Shown here: piece by piece, positions 20,781-27,716 of the stretch
How positions within the stretch are numbered: the stretch's first letter is position 1
Layout: every line of letters begins with the position of its first letter
Assembly: GCA_030765185.1 (NCBI GenBank)
Contig: JAVCDE010000024.1
Coordinates: 315,538 to 379,537, forward strand
DNA: 64,000 nt
Direction: 5' to 3'
Source of the DNA: Candidatus Aceula meridiana
Lineage (GTDB): Bacteria; Omnitrophota; Gorgyraeia; Zapsychrales; Aceulaceae
Position numbers and translations under genes: made by a program
The notes under the pieces: generated by a model
Told to the model about the DNA's origin: nothing
Seen by the model: only the letters and a program-made list of their open reading frames with translations
Database searches by the model: none

Positions 20781-21548
20781 TCATCCATGCTTAGCTTTTT
20801 CTTTAAGGCTCTCTTTCCACAAAGTAGGATTAATCTTAACATTAAACTTTTCATGAACTAAACACATAAAATAAGATAATGCTTGAGACACCCTAAAAGA
20901 GTCAAACGTCCATTTGTCGCCGAGAGATGAAACATCTTCATGCACAGCTTGGTTTCTGCAAGCGTCCATCTTTTTAATTTCTTCAATGTCAAAAAGGTAA
21001 TCTCTAATCGGCTGGTAACCCTTGGGAGGTTCGCATAAAGCAAAAAGTATATCAATCTTATCTAAGAGTGATTTTCTTTCCAGCTTCTCTTTTTCGATAA
21101 ACTCACTAATTATTTCTTCTTCCTTTTTTTGTATATCAAGAAATTTAACTTTTTTCTCTCCGTACCTACCCGCAAATGACAATACCGACACCTCCTTAAC
21201 TACTTTAATCATGTCGTAAAGAAAACTATCGATAACTGAATGTGCAAAAATCAACACAGATGCATCAAAGAAATTCTTTGTATTATCAGCATCTAGCTTT
21301 GCCATAGATTTTGCTATCTCTCCGCTTCCCCCTGAACTATCAAAAAACCCCTTCTTATCAATGAAGATGCTATCGTACTGGCTGCCCTTTTCCATTTCAC
21401 TTACAAATCTTTCCGCCTCTTGCTGAAACTTACCATTAATTTCATTTTCTAGTGAGAAATAAGCTCTTCTAAATTGACTAATCTGATGTATTTTTTGAGT
21501 GGCGTTTATCCATGAAGTTGTGAATAACCTCTCCGCATTTTCGTTCAT
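20781..21548 (-). CDS. HEPN-like protein (putative RNase)
   Basis: RNQAVH (R-x4-H) in the C-terminal helical region; upstream AHSVIDSFL helix; SD AAAGGAG. Confidence 0.55.
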   Translation of the reverse strand: MNENAERLFTTSWINATQKIHQISQFRRAYFSLENEINGKFQQEAERFVSEMEKGSQYDSIFIDKKGFFDSSGGSGEIAKSMAKLDADNTKNFFDASVLIFAHSVIDSFLYDMIKVVKEVSVLSFAGRYGEKKVKFLDIQKKEEEIISEFIEKEKLERKSLLDKIDILFALCEPPKGYQPIRDYLFDIEEIKKMDACRNQAVHEDVSSLGDKWTFDSFRVSQALSYFMCLVHEKFNVKINPTLWKESLKEKAKHG

Positions 21549-21578
21549 TCTCGTTCTCCTTTGCTGAATTCTTCTCTC

Positions 21579-22211
21579 TTAGCTAGTGACAAACGGAAAG
21601 AACCCGTTCGGCTCTGGCAACAATTTGGCGATCGCATGGCCACTAGTATTTTTGACAAAAGCCGGAGCAAGAAGCCAGACTTCATTAAAAGGTTCAATAG
21701 GCATATCACCACAATGTGCATATAGTTTATCTAGCATTAAATTATTTTTATCAAAATTTAAATATATCAATAAGTTTGTACTCCTAACTACGCTATATTT
21801 CTTGTCGAGCTTCTTCTGAATTGCCTGTCTCGCATACATCAACGCTTCTTCCAAGGCAATAGGTCGGTATTCTTTTGCTTCAGACGGCCTTCCCTTCTTG
21901 ACCCACTCTCTATATTCCTCTGTTCTTTTACGTCCTTCTTTTTGTCTTTCTGTAATTTGATAGTCAACAATTTCATTATCAATCTTAACAATTGCATCAG
22001 CTGGCTCTTCATGGTTCTCGCCCATTTTAACCTGCACGGCACAATGCTTTAACTTCTGGAATCCTATACAAAAGTGAGAAATTATCCAAGCCTCCATTAC
22101 GATGTCATAACCGGTCTCAATAAAAATTCTCTCATCGTTCAAAGGTTTGATCTCAGCCAACAGTTGATCTGGTGACTGAAAAATAAAGAAATTCTTAGAA
22201 ATTTCACTCAT
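21579..22211 (-). CDS. PD-(D/E)XK restriction-endonuclease-like fold protein, probably leaderless
   Basis: EPADAIV...DYQITE motif, LLIY, FNEVWL; TGnTAAAAT 7 nt upstream of ATG. Confidence 0.5.
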   Translation of the reverse strand: MSEISKNFFIFQSPDQLLAEIKPLNDERIFIETGYDIVMEAWIISHFCIGFQKLKHCAVQVKMGENHEEPADAIVKIDNEIVDYQITERQKEGRKRTEEYREWVKKGRPSEAKEYRPIALEEALMYARQAIQKKLDKKYSVVRSTNLLIYLNFDKNNLMLDKLYAHCGDMPIEPFNEVWLLAPAFVKNTSGHAIAKLLPEPNGFFPFVTS

Positions 22212-22377
22212 GTGCAATATTTTAACATAATGGTTAAGGGAATTATAAATAAAAATGCGGATAACACAAGCGGATAATTGTGGCTGCTGAATAAATTATC
22301 TTTTTCACCGACCCTCAGACTGGCAACCTGAAGGTCATGAAAGACAAAGCATTGCAGATACATTAGCTATATTTTTG

Positions 22378-22403
22378 CTAGTCGGTTAAAAAGCCGACCA
22401 GCT
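22378..22403 (-). terminator. Hairpin after the xre-xis pair
   Basis: gctagtcgg...ccgaccagc stem flanked by T runs. Confidence 0.5.
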
Positions 22404-22407
22404 TTTG

Positions 22408-22599
22408 TTATGGAGTTCTTTTATTTTTAAAAAACTCAATAACTACCTGAGGTTCAAACCGCAAATACTTTCCTAATTTCACATGCGGAATAGCCTCCAG
22501 ACCTTGACAGGTCCTTTGATAGATCCAGCTAACGGGAACACTGAGGATTTGCGCCATCTCTTGAACTGATACCAGTCTCATTTGTTCCATAATATTCAT
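22408..22599 (-). CDS. Excisionase-like HTH protein (HTH_17/AlpA-like)
   Basis: SVQEMAQILSVPVSWIY...IPHVKLGKYLRF. Confidence 0.85.
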   Translation of the reverse strand: MNIMEQMRLVSVQEMAQILSVPVSWIYQRTCQGLEAIPHVKLGKYLRFEPQVVIEFFKNKRTP

Positions 22600-22802
22600 T
22601 ATTCATCCAAGAAATATGATGTAGGTTTCTTGAGAACCTTGGAAACCTTTACTAAAGTCTCCAAGGTAGGCAAAGAAATTCCATTTTCATATCTAGAAAT
22701 ACTTTTTTGTTTAGCTTTTATTTTTTCGGCAAGGTCTGTTTGTGTTAAATCTAATTCTACGCGAGCTATCTTGATTTTCTTTCCTAGTTTTTTCGCATCC
22801 AT
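22599..22802 (-). CDS. XRE-family HTH repressor
   Basis: KIKIARVELDLTQTDLA...ISRYENG..PT. Confidence 0.9.
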   Translation of the reverse strand: MDAKKLGKKIKIARVELDLTQTDLAEKIKAKQKSISRYENGISLPTLETLVKVSKVLKKPTSYFLDE

Positions 22803-22821
22803 AAAGACTCCTAAATACTAC

Positions 22822-22914
22822 TTGACAAATATACCCTTCAAGGTATAATTTAGACATACACGCTAAAATAAAAAATGCACCTAACTGTAATTAATATATA
22901 CCTCTGAATGGATA
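22822..22914 (+). promoter_or_regulatory. Consensus promoter with two palindromic operators between xre and the integrase operon
   Basis: TTGACA-16-TATAAT (22822-22849); TATACC-N6-GGTATA (22830-22847); TATACC-N6-TGGATA (22897-22914). Confidence 0.7.
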
Positions 22915-22936
22915 AAATCAACAATTAAACATTAAA

Positions 22937-23110
22937 ATGCCAGTCTCCGCAATCACCCCAAATATTATTAAGCCCTCATTACAAATTTCTCTGTGCTGGA
23001 AAGATTGCCATTCTGCCCAGAAGGTTCTCGATGTTGTTTGTCAAATTATTGCCTCTGAATACGTTGTGACCGCTAAAGAGCATCCTGAACTTTTTTCGAC
23101 TAAGGAATAA
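22937..23110 (+). CDS. 57-aa protein coupled to the integrase (candidate recombination directionality factor); absent from the ORF track
   Basis: Open ATG..TAA frame ending 3 nt before the integrase ATG; contains the integrase SD (AAGGA). Confidence 0.55.
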   Translation: MPVSAITPNIIKPSLQISLCWKDCHSAQKVLDVVCQIIASEYVVTAKEHPELFSTKE

Positions 23111-23113
23111 TCT

Positions 23114-24829
23114 ATGCGCGCCTCTATTTACGCCAGATACTCTTCTCAAAATCAAAGCGAAAAAAGCATCGAAGACCAGATAAGGGTCTGCAAAAAATAT
23201 TGTACAGAAAACAATATCACGGTTAATGAAAATAGCATCTATATCGATGAAGCTACGTCAGGCTCTCTTGTAAAAAGATTCGGCCTCGGAGCCCTTGAAA
23301 TCGCAGCCGAAAACAAAGAATTCGACGCCATAGTAGTTGACGATCTCTCGCGTCTTTCCAGAAGCAATCACCAGATGCTTACCCTGGTTCTCAAATTTAA
23401 CTACCTTCAAGTCAAGCTCATTTCTGTTTCTGACGGAATCATTACAGATGATGAAAATTCCAAGCTCGGGATTCAGATGCGGGGACTTATTAACGAGCTC
23501 TATCTCGACGACTTAAAGAAAAAAACTATGCGAGGACTTGAAGGACAAAAACTGCGAGGTTTTAGCGCCGGAGAAAGTGTCTACGGCTATCTGACAAATC
23601 CCTTCGGTGATCTAAAAATGAATCGAAAAGGCATAGCGAAATATGAAGGCAAGGTTCACAAGATTAATCCTGATGAAGCCGAGATAGTAAAAAGAATTTA
23701 TTTGGACTTCGTTTCCGGAAAAAGTACTCACAAGATCGTTGAGCAACTCAATATCGATAAAATCCCGACAAAAAAACACCTCAAGGGTGGCTGGAACATA
23801 TCAACGGTCTGCCGAATCCTTAAAAATGAGAAGTACATCGGTATCTGGAAATGGAAGACACATAAAAGCGTTAGAGACCCAATTACGGGGAAGAGAAAAT
23901 CTATCTCTCGCCCAGAAAGCGAACATCTCTCCTTCTCTCGGGAAGATCTTATTATCATTAATAAAGAGCTCTGGAACAAGGCCCAGGAGCACTGGGCCGA
24001 CCTTAAAGGAACCTGGCCAATAAGCAAGAAAAAGAAAACTTACTATCAACAGAAAAGCTATGTTCACACTAGCCCTACTCACCTATTCTCAGGGCTGATG
24101 AAATGCAAAGCCTGCGGAGGTGCTATTTTGCTTGTCAGCGGTAAAGGATTAGGATATTACGGCTGTTACAATGCCCGGCGAAAAACCTGCAACAACACCC
24201 TGCTCGTTCCTCGTAAAAGGCTTGAGCAGATCATCATTGGTAAGCTGCGAGAAAAACTGCTAACCACGAATAACCTAGAATATGTTTATCGGAATATCGA
24301 AAAACTAATTGCCTCAGGACTCAACGAAGTCCCTGAATTGACAAAAAAGAAAAAGGCACAACTTGAAAAAATTAAGACAGAAATGCACAATTATCTAAAT
24401 TTTATTAGGGCTGGAAATTTCTCAAAGACCGTATCTGAGGCCTTGAATGAAGCGGAAAAGAAAAACAGCGAACTGGAGCAAGAAATTACGGCCTTAGAAT
24501 TTCAACAAAATAATAATTTTAAGGCGCCGCCGAAAGAATGGATCAGTCATCGGCTAGAACGACTAACTGAAACGCTAAACAAAGATACCGTCGCCTCTTC
24601 CTCAGCGCTTAAAGAACTATTGTCACCGATAACCCTTGAGCCTATCTTAAATAAAGAAGTCGACTTATATCGCCTTTTTGAAGGCAACGACAAGGAATTC
24701 AAGCCCTATTACGTAGCCCATACAAAAATCAACACCTTGTCCCTATTAGACGAGAAGGGCCAAGGTGCGAATTGGTATCAATGGTGGAGGCGCGGAGAAT
24801 CGAACTCCGGTCCTTGTGTTACCCAATAA
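23114..24829 (+). CDS. Large serine recombinase (integrase)
   Basis: YARYSS catalytic motif, DDLSRLSR, recombinase domain, Zn ribbon (CKACG...C...C), coiled coil. Confidence 0.95.
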   Translation: MRASIYARYSSQNQSEKSIEDQIRVCKKYCTENNITVNENSIYIDEATSGSLVKRFGLGALEIAAENKEFDAIVVDDLSRLSRSNHQMLTLVLKFNYLQVKLISVSDGIITDDENSKLGIQMRGLINELYLDDLKKKTMRGLEGQKLRGFSAGESVYGYLTNPFGDLKMNRKGIAKYEGKVHKINPDEAEIVKRIYLDFVSGKSTHKIVEQLNIDKIPTKKHLKGGWNISTVCRILKNEKYIGIWKWKTHKSVRDPITGKRKSISRPESEHLSFSREDLIIINKELWNKAQEHWADLKGTWPISKKKKTYYQQKSYVHTSPTHLFSGLMKCKACGGAILLVSGKGLGYYGCYNARRKTCNNTLLVPRKRLEQIIIGKLREKLLTTNNLEYVYRNIEKLIASGLNEVPELTKKKKAQLEKIKTEMHNYLNFIRAGNFSKTVSEALNEAEKKNSELEQEITALEFQQNNNFKAPPKEWISHRLERLTETLNKDTVASSSALKELLSPITLEPILNKEVDLYRLFEGNDKEFKPYYVAHTKINTLSLLDEKGQGANWYQWWRRGESNSGPCVTQ

Positions 24830-25179
24830 TAGCCTCTACATGCATAGTTTGTTTTTTAGAATCTCATCTCAGTCACTTTAAACAAACAAACATTACTGAA
24901 ACCAGCCTTTTAAATCTCATTTCACTAATAAAGGCAACCAGTGAAACCAGCCTACTAAATGACCTCTCTTAAAACCCGTAGACAAAACTCTAAGAAAGGG
25001 CCTAGTTTGGTTAAACTAGGGCTGGTTCGCCAGCGAAAATCGGTTCAACGATTTCGTTAGCTTGCGCAATTAGTGTATTTGCGTTTAATTTGTGCCAGGA
25101 TGATTAACGAGGCCAACCAGGCGTCCTCGGCATGCCACTACTATCGGAGTCAAACTCAAGTCGAAACCAGGTCGCCCCC
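24782..25179 (-). ncRNA. ssrA: tmRNA
   Basis: 5' GGGGGCG...UUCGAC and 3' GUUCGAUUC...CGCCUCCACCA with G3-U pair; internal tag ORF; adjacent to smpB. Confidence 0.95.
25011..25082 (-). other. tmRNA tag reading frame (A)ANTLIAQANEIVEPIFAGEPALV*
   Basis: Resume codon GCA after AAUUAAAC downstream of PK1; stop codon within the CCUAGUUU/AAACUAGG hairpin. Confidence 0.75.
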
Positions 25180-25240
25180 ATAGTGAAAAAAGTATACTTG
25201 ATGAAAGAAGAAAATGCAAGGGGTAGTTAAAAGACAAGGT

Positions 25241-25699
25241 CTATTTTCTACTTGTTCGTACGGCTCTATCTAAGTCCTTCTTGATATCACGCTTTTTAAT
25301 GGTTTCGCGCTTATCATAAAGTTTTTTACCCTTCACAAGCCCAAGACTCACCTTCACAAAATTATGTTTATTCAAAAAAATAGATAAAGGAACCAAGGTC
25401 AGGCCTTTTTGAATCATTTGACCTAAAATCTTTTTGATTTCGTTTTTATGCAAAAGAAGTTTACGCGCGCGGTCGCTGTCAGGATTTAAATAGCTTGCTT
25501 GCGCATACGGGTCGATATGAAGGCTGTGCAAAAGAATTTCTTTTTTCTCAATACGGGCAAAACTGTCTCTAAAATGAACATGCCCTGCGCGAACAGACTT
25601 GACTTCGCTTCCCTTTAGTTCGATACCGCACTCATAGCGATCGACAACAAAGTAGTTGCGAAAAGCTTTTTTATTAGTTGCAATATTTTTTGATTCCAT
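25241..25699 (-). CDS. smpB: SsrA-binding protein
   Basis: NKKAFRNY, GIELKGSEVKS, RKLLLHK, GKKLYDKRE. Confidence 0.97.
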   Translation of the reverse strand: MESKNIATNKKAFRNYFVVDRYECGIELKGSEVKSVRAGHVHFRDSFARIEKKEILLHSLHIDPYAQASYLNPDSDRARKLLLHKNEIKKILGQMIQKGLTLVPLSIFLNKHNFVKVSLGLVKGKKLYDKRETIKKRDIKKDLDRAVRTSRK

Positions 25700-25831
25700 A
25701 GGACAAGACTTTCTTTCTTTTGACAATAATCACGTTATTATACCATAACAAAAACAAGGCGCAATCACCCCGAGGAACAATTGATACATACGCTCCCTTT
25801 GAAAAAGGTCTCTTAAGTATAAATCCTTCGG

Positions 25832-25860
25832 TTGACAGGTTGAGCTTTTGCCGATATACT
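25832..25860 (+). promoter_or_regulatory. Sigma70 promoter of the tRNA-Leu locus
   Basis: TTGACA-17-TATACT. Confidence 0.75.
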
Positions 25861-25881
25861 TTTTTTAGCTGAAAGATTTCT

Positions 25882-25902
25882 GCCGAAGTGGCGGAATTGG
25901 CA
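25882..25902 (+). pseudogene. tRNA-Leu 5' fragment, outer layer
   Basis: GCCGAAGTGGCGGAATTGGCA: acceptor strand plus D-arm up to GGCA. Confidence 0.75.
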
Positions 25903-25968
25903 AACCAGCTTTCCTTTTTTGATTAAAGCGGTAGTTGGCGCGCACCTGTTCCTTTTTTAAAAATTTCT

Positions 25969-25990
25969 GCCGAAGTGGTGAAACTGGTAG
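25969..25990 (+). pseudogene. tRNA-Leu 5' fragment, middle layer
   Basis: GCCGAAGTGGTGAAACTGGTAG. Confidence 0.8.
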
Positions 25991-26059
25991 CCCAGATTTC
26001 CTTAAATAAATTTTAAAAGAAGCTGGTGCACACTCACTCCATCTCAAATAAATATTTTT

Positions 26060-26143
26060 GCTGGAGTGGTGAAATTGGTAGACACGCACGTTTCAGGGGC
26101 GTGTGGAAGCGATTCCATGTGGGTTCGAGTCCCACCTCCAGCA
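26060..26143 (+). tRNA. tRNA-Leu(CAG), intact, CCA not encoded
   Basis: GCTGGAG/CTCCAGC-A acceptor; CACGT-TTCAGGG-GCGTG anticodon arm; long variable arm; GGTTCGAGTCC. Confidence 0.95.
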
Positions 26144-26169
26144 CAAATATTTATTTAGGAAAAGTGAGT

Positions 26170-26239
26170 GTAGACTCTTAAGTACGTTTCAGGGACGTGT
26201 GGCTTCGCGGCCATAAGGGTTCGAGTCCCTTCTTCGGTA
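26170..26239 (+). pseudogene. tRNA-Leu(CAG) 3' fragment, middle layer
   Basis: GTAGAC...ACGTTTCAGGGACGTG-TGGCTTCGCGGCCA-TAAGGGTTCGAGTCCCTT-CTTCGGTA; CTTCGGT pairs with GCCGAAG. Confidence 0.8.
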
Positions 26240-26265
26240 TAAATCTCTAACTAGAAAAAACAAGT

Positions 26266-26283
26266 GCAGGCGTACACGCTTCA
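26266..26283 (+). pseudogene. Degenerate, truncated tRNA-Leu 3' fragment, outer layer
   Basis: GCAGGCGTACACGCTTCA aligns with the expected GCAGACGCGCACGTTTCA. Confidence 0.45.
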
Positions 26284-26312
26284 AAAGTAAAGCACTAAAC
26301 AAAAGGATTTTT

Positions 26313-27716
26313 ATGAGTAAAACTGTTCAACTTGCTGTCATCGGAGCCGGACCAGCCGGATATACGGCTGCATTCTTAGCTGCCAGCAAAGGGTTAAATA
26401 TCGCTTTAATCGACGATAGTGGTTTAATCGGCGGCACTTGCCTGCACAAAGGTTGCATCCCCTCTAAAACTCTTTTACAAATCGCTAAAACAATTAACGC
26501 CGCCAAGCAAGCCGAAAAATTCGGCGTAACATTTTCTAAGCCTAAAATTGATATTAAAAGAATTAACGCTCACAAAAATGATATTGTCAAAAAGCTTTCA
26601 TTAGGACTTGCCCAGCTTTCCAGACAACGTAAATTAAATTTCGTAACGGGCACAGCACAATTCCTAGACTCTAAAAACCTTTCCGTTGAAAAGCAAGATG
26701 GCAGTAAACTTTTCCTCACTTTTGAAAAATGCATTATCGCTACAGGATCAACGCCAATCATCCCCTCTTTTGCCTTAGAGAAATCAAAAAATATTATCAC
26801 ATCAGAACAAGCCCTAGACCTAGAAAGCATCCCCAAAACTTTGCTGATTGTTGGTGGCGGCTATATCGGACTTGAAATGGCTCAAACCTATAGCTCTTTG
26901 GGCTCCAAGGTAAGTCTCTGGGAAATGACTGGAAGTCTTTTACCAGAGTCAGATGAAGACCTTGTTCGCCCGCTTCTGCGGACTTTAAAAAAAGAAATCA
27001 CCATAAAGCTTGGGACCGCTGTCAAAACTCTTACCCCCTCTGGCAAAAGCATCAAAGCCTGCGCCGAGGAAAAAGGCAAAGAAATAACAGAACGTTTTGA
27101 AAAAGTTTTGGTGGCCGCTGGAAGAAAGCCCAACAGTAGGGGGATTAATCTTCAAAAAACAAAAATCCAGCTAGATGAAAAAGGCTTTATTCAAGTTGAT
27201 AGCACTCTTAAGACAGCTGAAGAAAATATTTATGCAATCGGCGATGTAGTTGCCGGTCCCCTGCTCGCACACAGAGCCTCCGCACAAGCGCATACTGTCG
27301 TTAAAAATGTATGCGGTGAAAGCTCTGCTTTTACACCTAGCGCTATCCCTTCGGTTGTCTACACAAGCCCTGAAGTTGCTTTCTGCGGCCTCACAGAAAC
27401 ACAAGCCCAAATACAAAACAAAGACGTTGAAATTTCCAAGCTATCTTGGGCAGCTTCCGGGCGAGCCTTAAGCCTTAATCAAACACAGGGCTTAACTAAG
27501 CTTATCTTTAATTCTTTAACAAAAAAATTGGTAGGCGCAGGAATTGTCGGCGCTGATGCAGGCGAACTTATTGCAGAATGTGTTTTAGCTGTCGAAGCAG
27601 GCCTAGATGCCAAAACCATTGCCTCAAGCATCCATCCTCATCCAACGTTATCGGAAACCATTAAAGAATGTGCAGAGAAATTCTTGGGCGAGTGCGCCCA
27701 TTCGCTTAAGAACTAA
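26313..27716 (+). CDS. lpdA: Dihydrolipoyl dehydrogenase
   Basis: GAGPAGY, GGTCLHKGCIPSK, GGGYIGLE, HPHPTLSE. Confidence 0.95.
   Translation: MSKTVQLAVIGAGPAGYTAAFLAASKGLNIALIDDSGLIGGTCLHKGCIPSKTLLQIAKTINAAKQAEKFGVTFSKPKIDIKRINAHKNDIVKKLSLGLAQLSRQRKLNFVTGTAQFLDSKNLSVEKQDGSKLFLTFEKCIIATGSTPIIPSFALEKSKNIITSEQALDLESIPKTLLIVGGGYIGLEMAQTYSSLGSKVSLWEMTGSLLPESDEDLVRPLLRTLKKEITIKLGTAVKTLTPSGKSIKACAEEKGKEITERFEKVLVAAGRKPNSRGINLQKTKIQLDEKGFIQVDSTLKTAEENIYAIGDVVAGPLLAHRASAQAHTVVKNVCGESSAFTPSAIPSVVYTSPEVAFCGLTETQAQIQNKDVEISKLSWAASGRALSLNQTQGLTKLIFNSLTKKLVGAGIVGADAGELIAECVLAVEAGLDAKTIASSIHPHPTLSETIKECAEKFLGECAHSLKN

Larger units (their letters stand above)
19217..24801. mobile_element. Integrative element / genomic island at the ssrA 3' end, possibly a composite of tandem relics
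   Basis: Flanking direct repeats of the tmRNA 3' end; serine recombinase, XRE and Xis-like genes, cargo genes. Confidence 0.85.

Noticed and set aside
24772-24972. 66-aa ORF MVSMVEARRIEL
   Set aside because: Antisense shadow of tmRNA.
25875-26082. CRISPR-like array (three ~22-nt repeats at 87 and 91 nt spacing)
   Set aside because: The repeats are tRNA 5' ends, the spacers are homologous to each other, and no cas genes are present.
25865-26089. 74-aa ORF with internal repeats (GLPVSPLRQK)
   Set aside because: Antisense translation of the tRNA fragments.
25991-26169. Group I/II or BHB intron in tRNA-Leu
   Set aside because: No recognisable P7 or domain V core; the insert is short and largely made of another tRNA; the flanking exon D-stem is degenerate.
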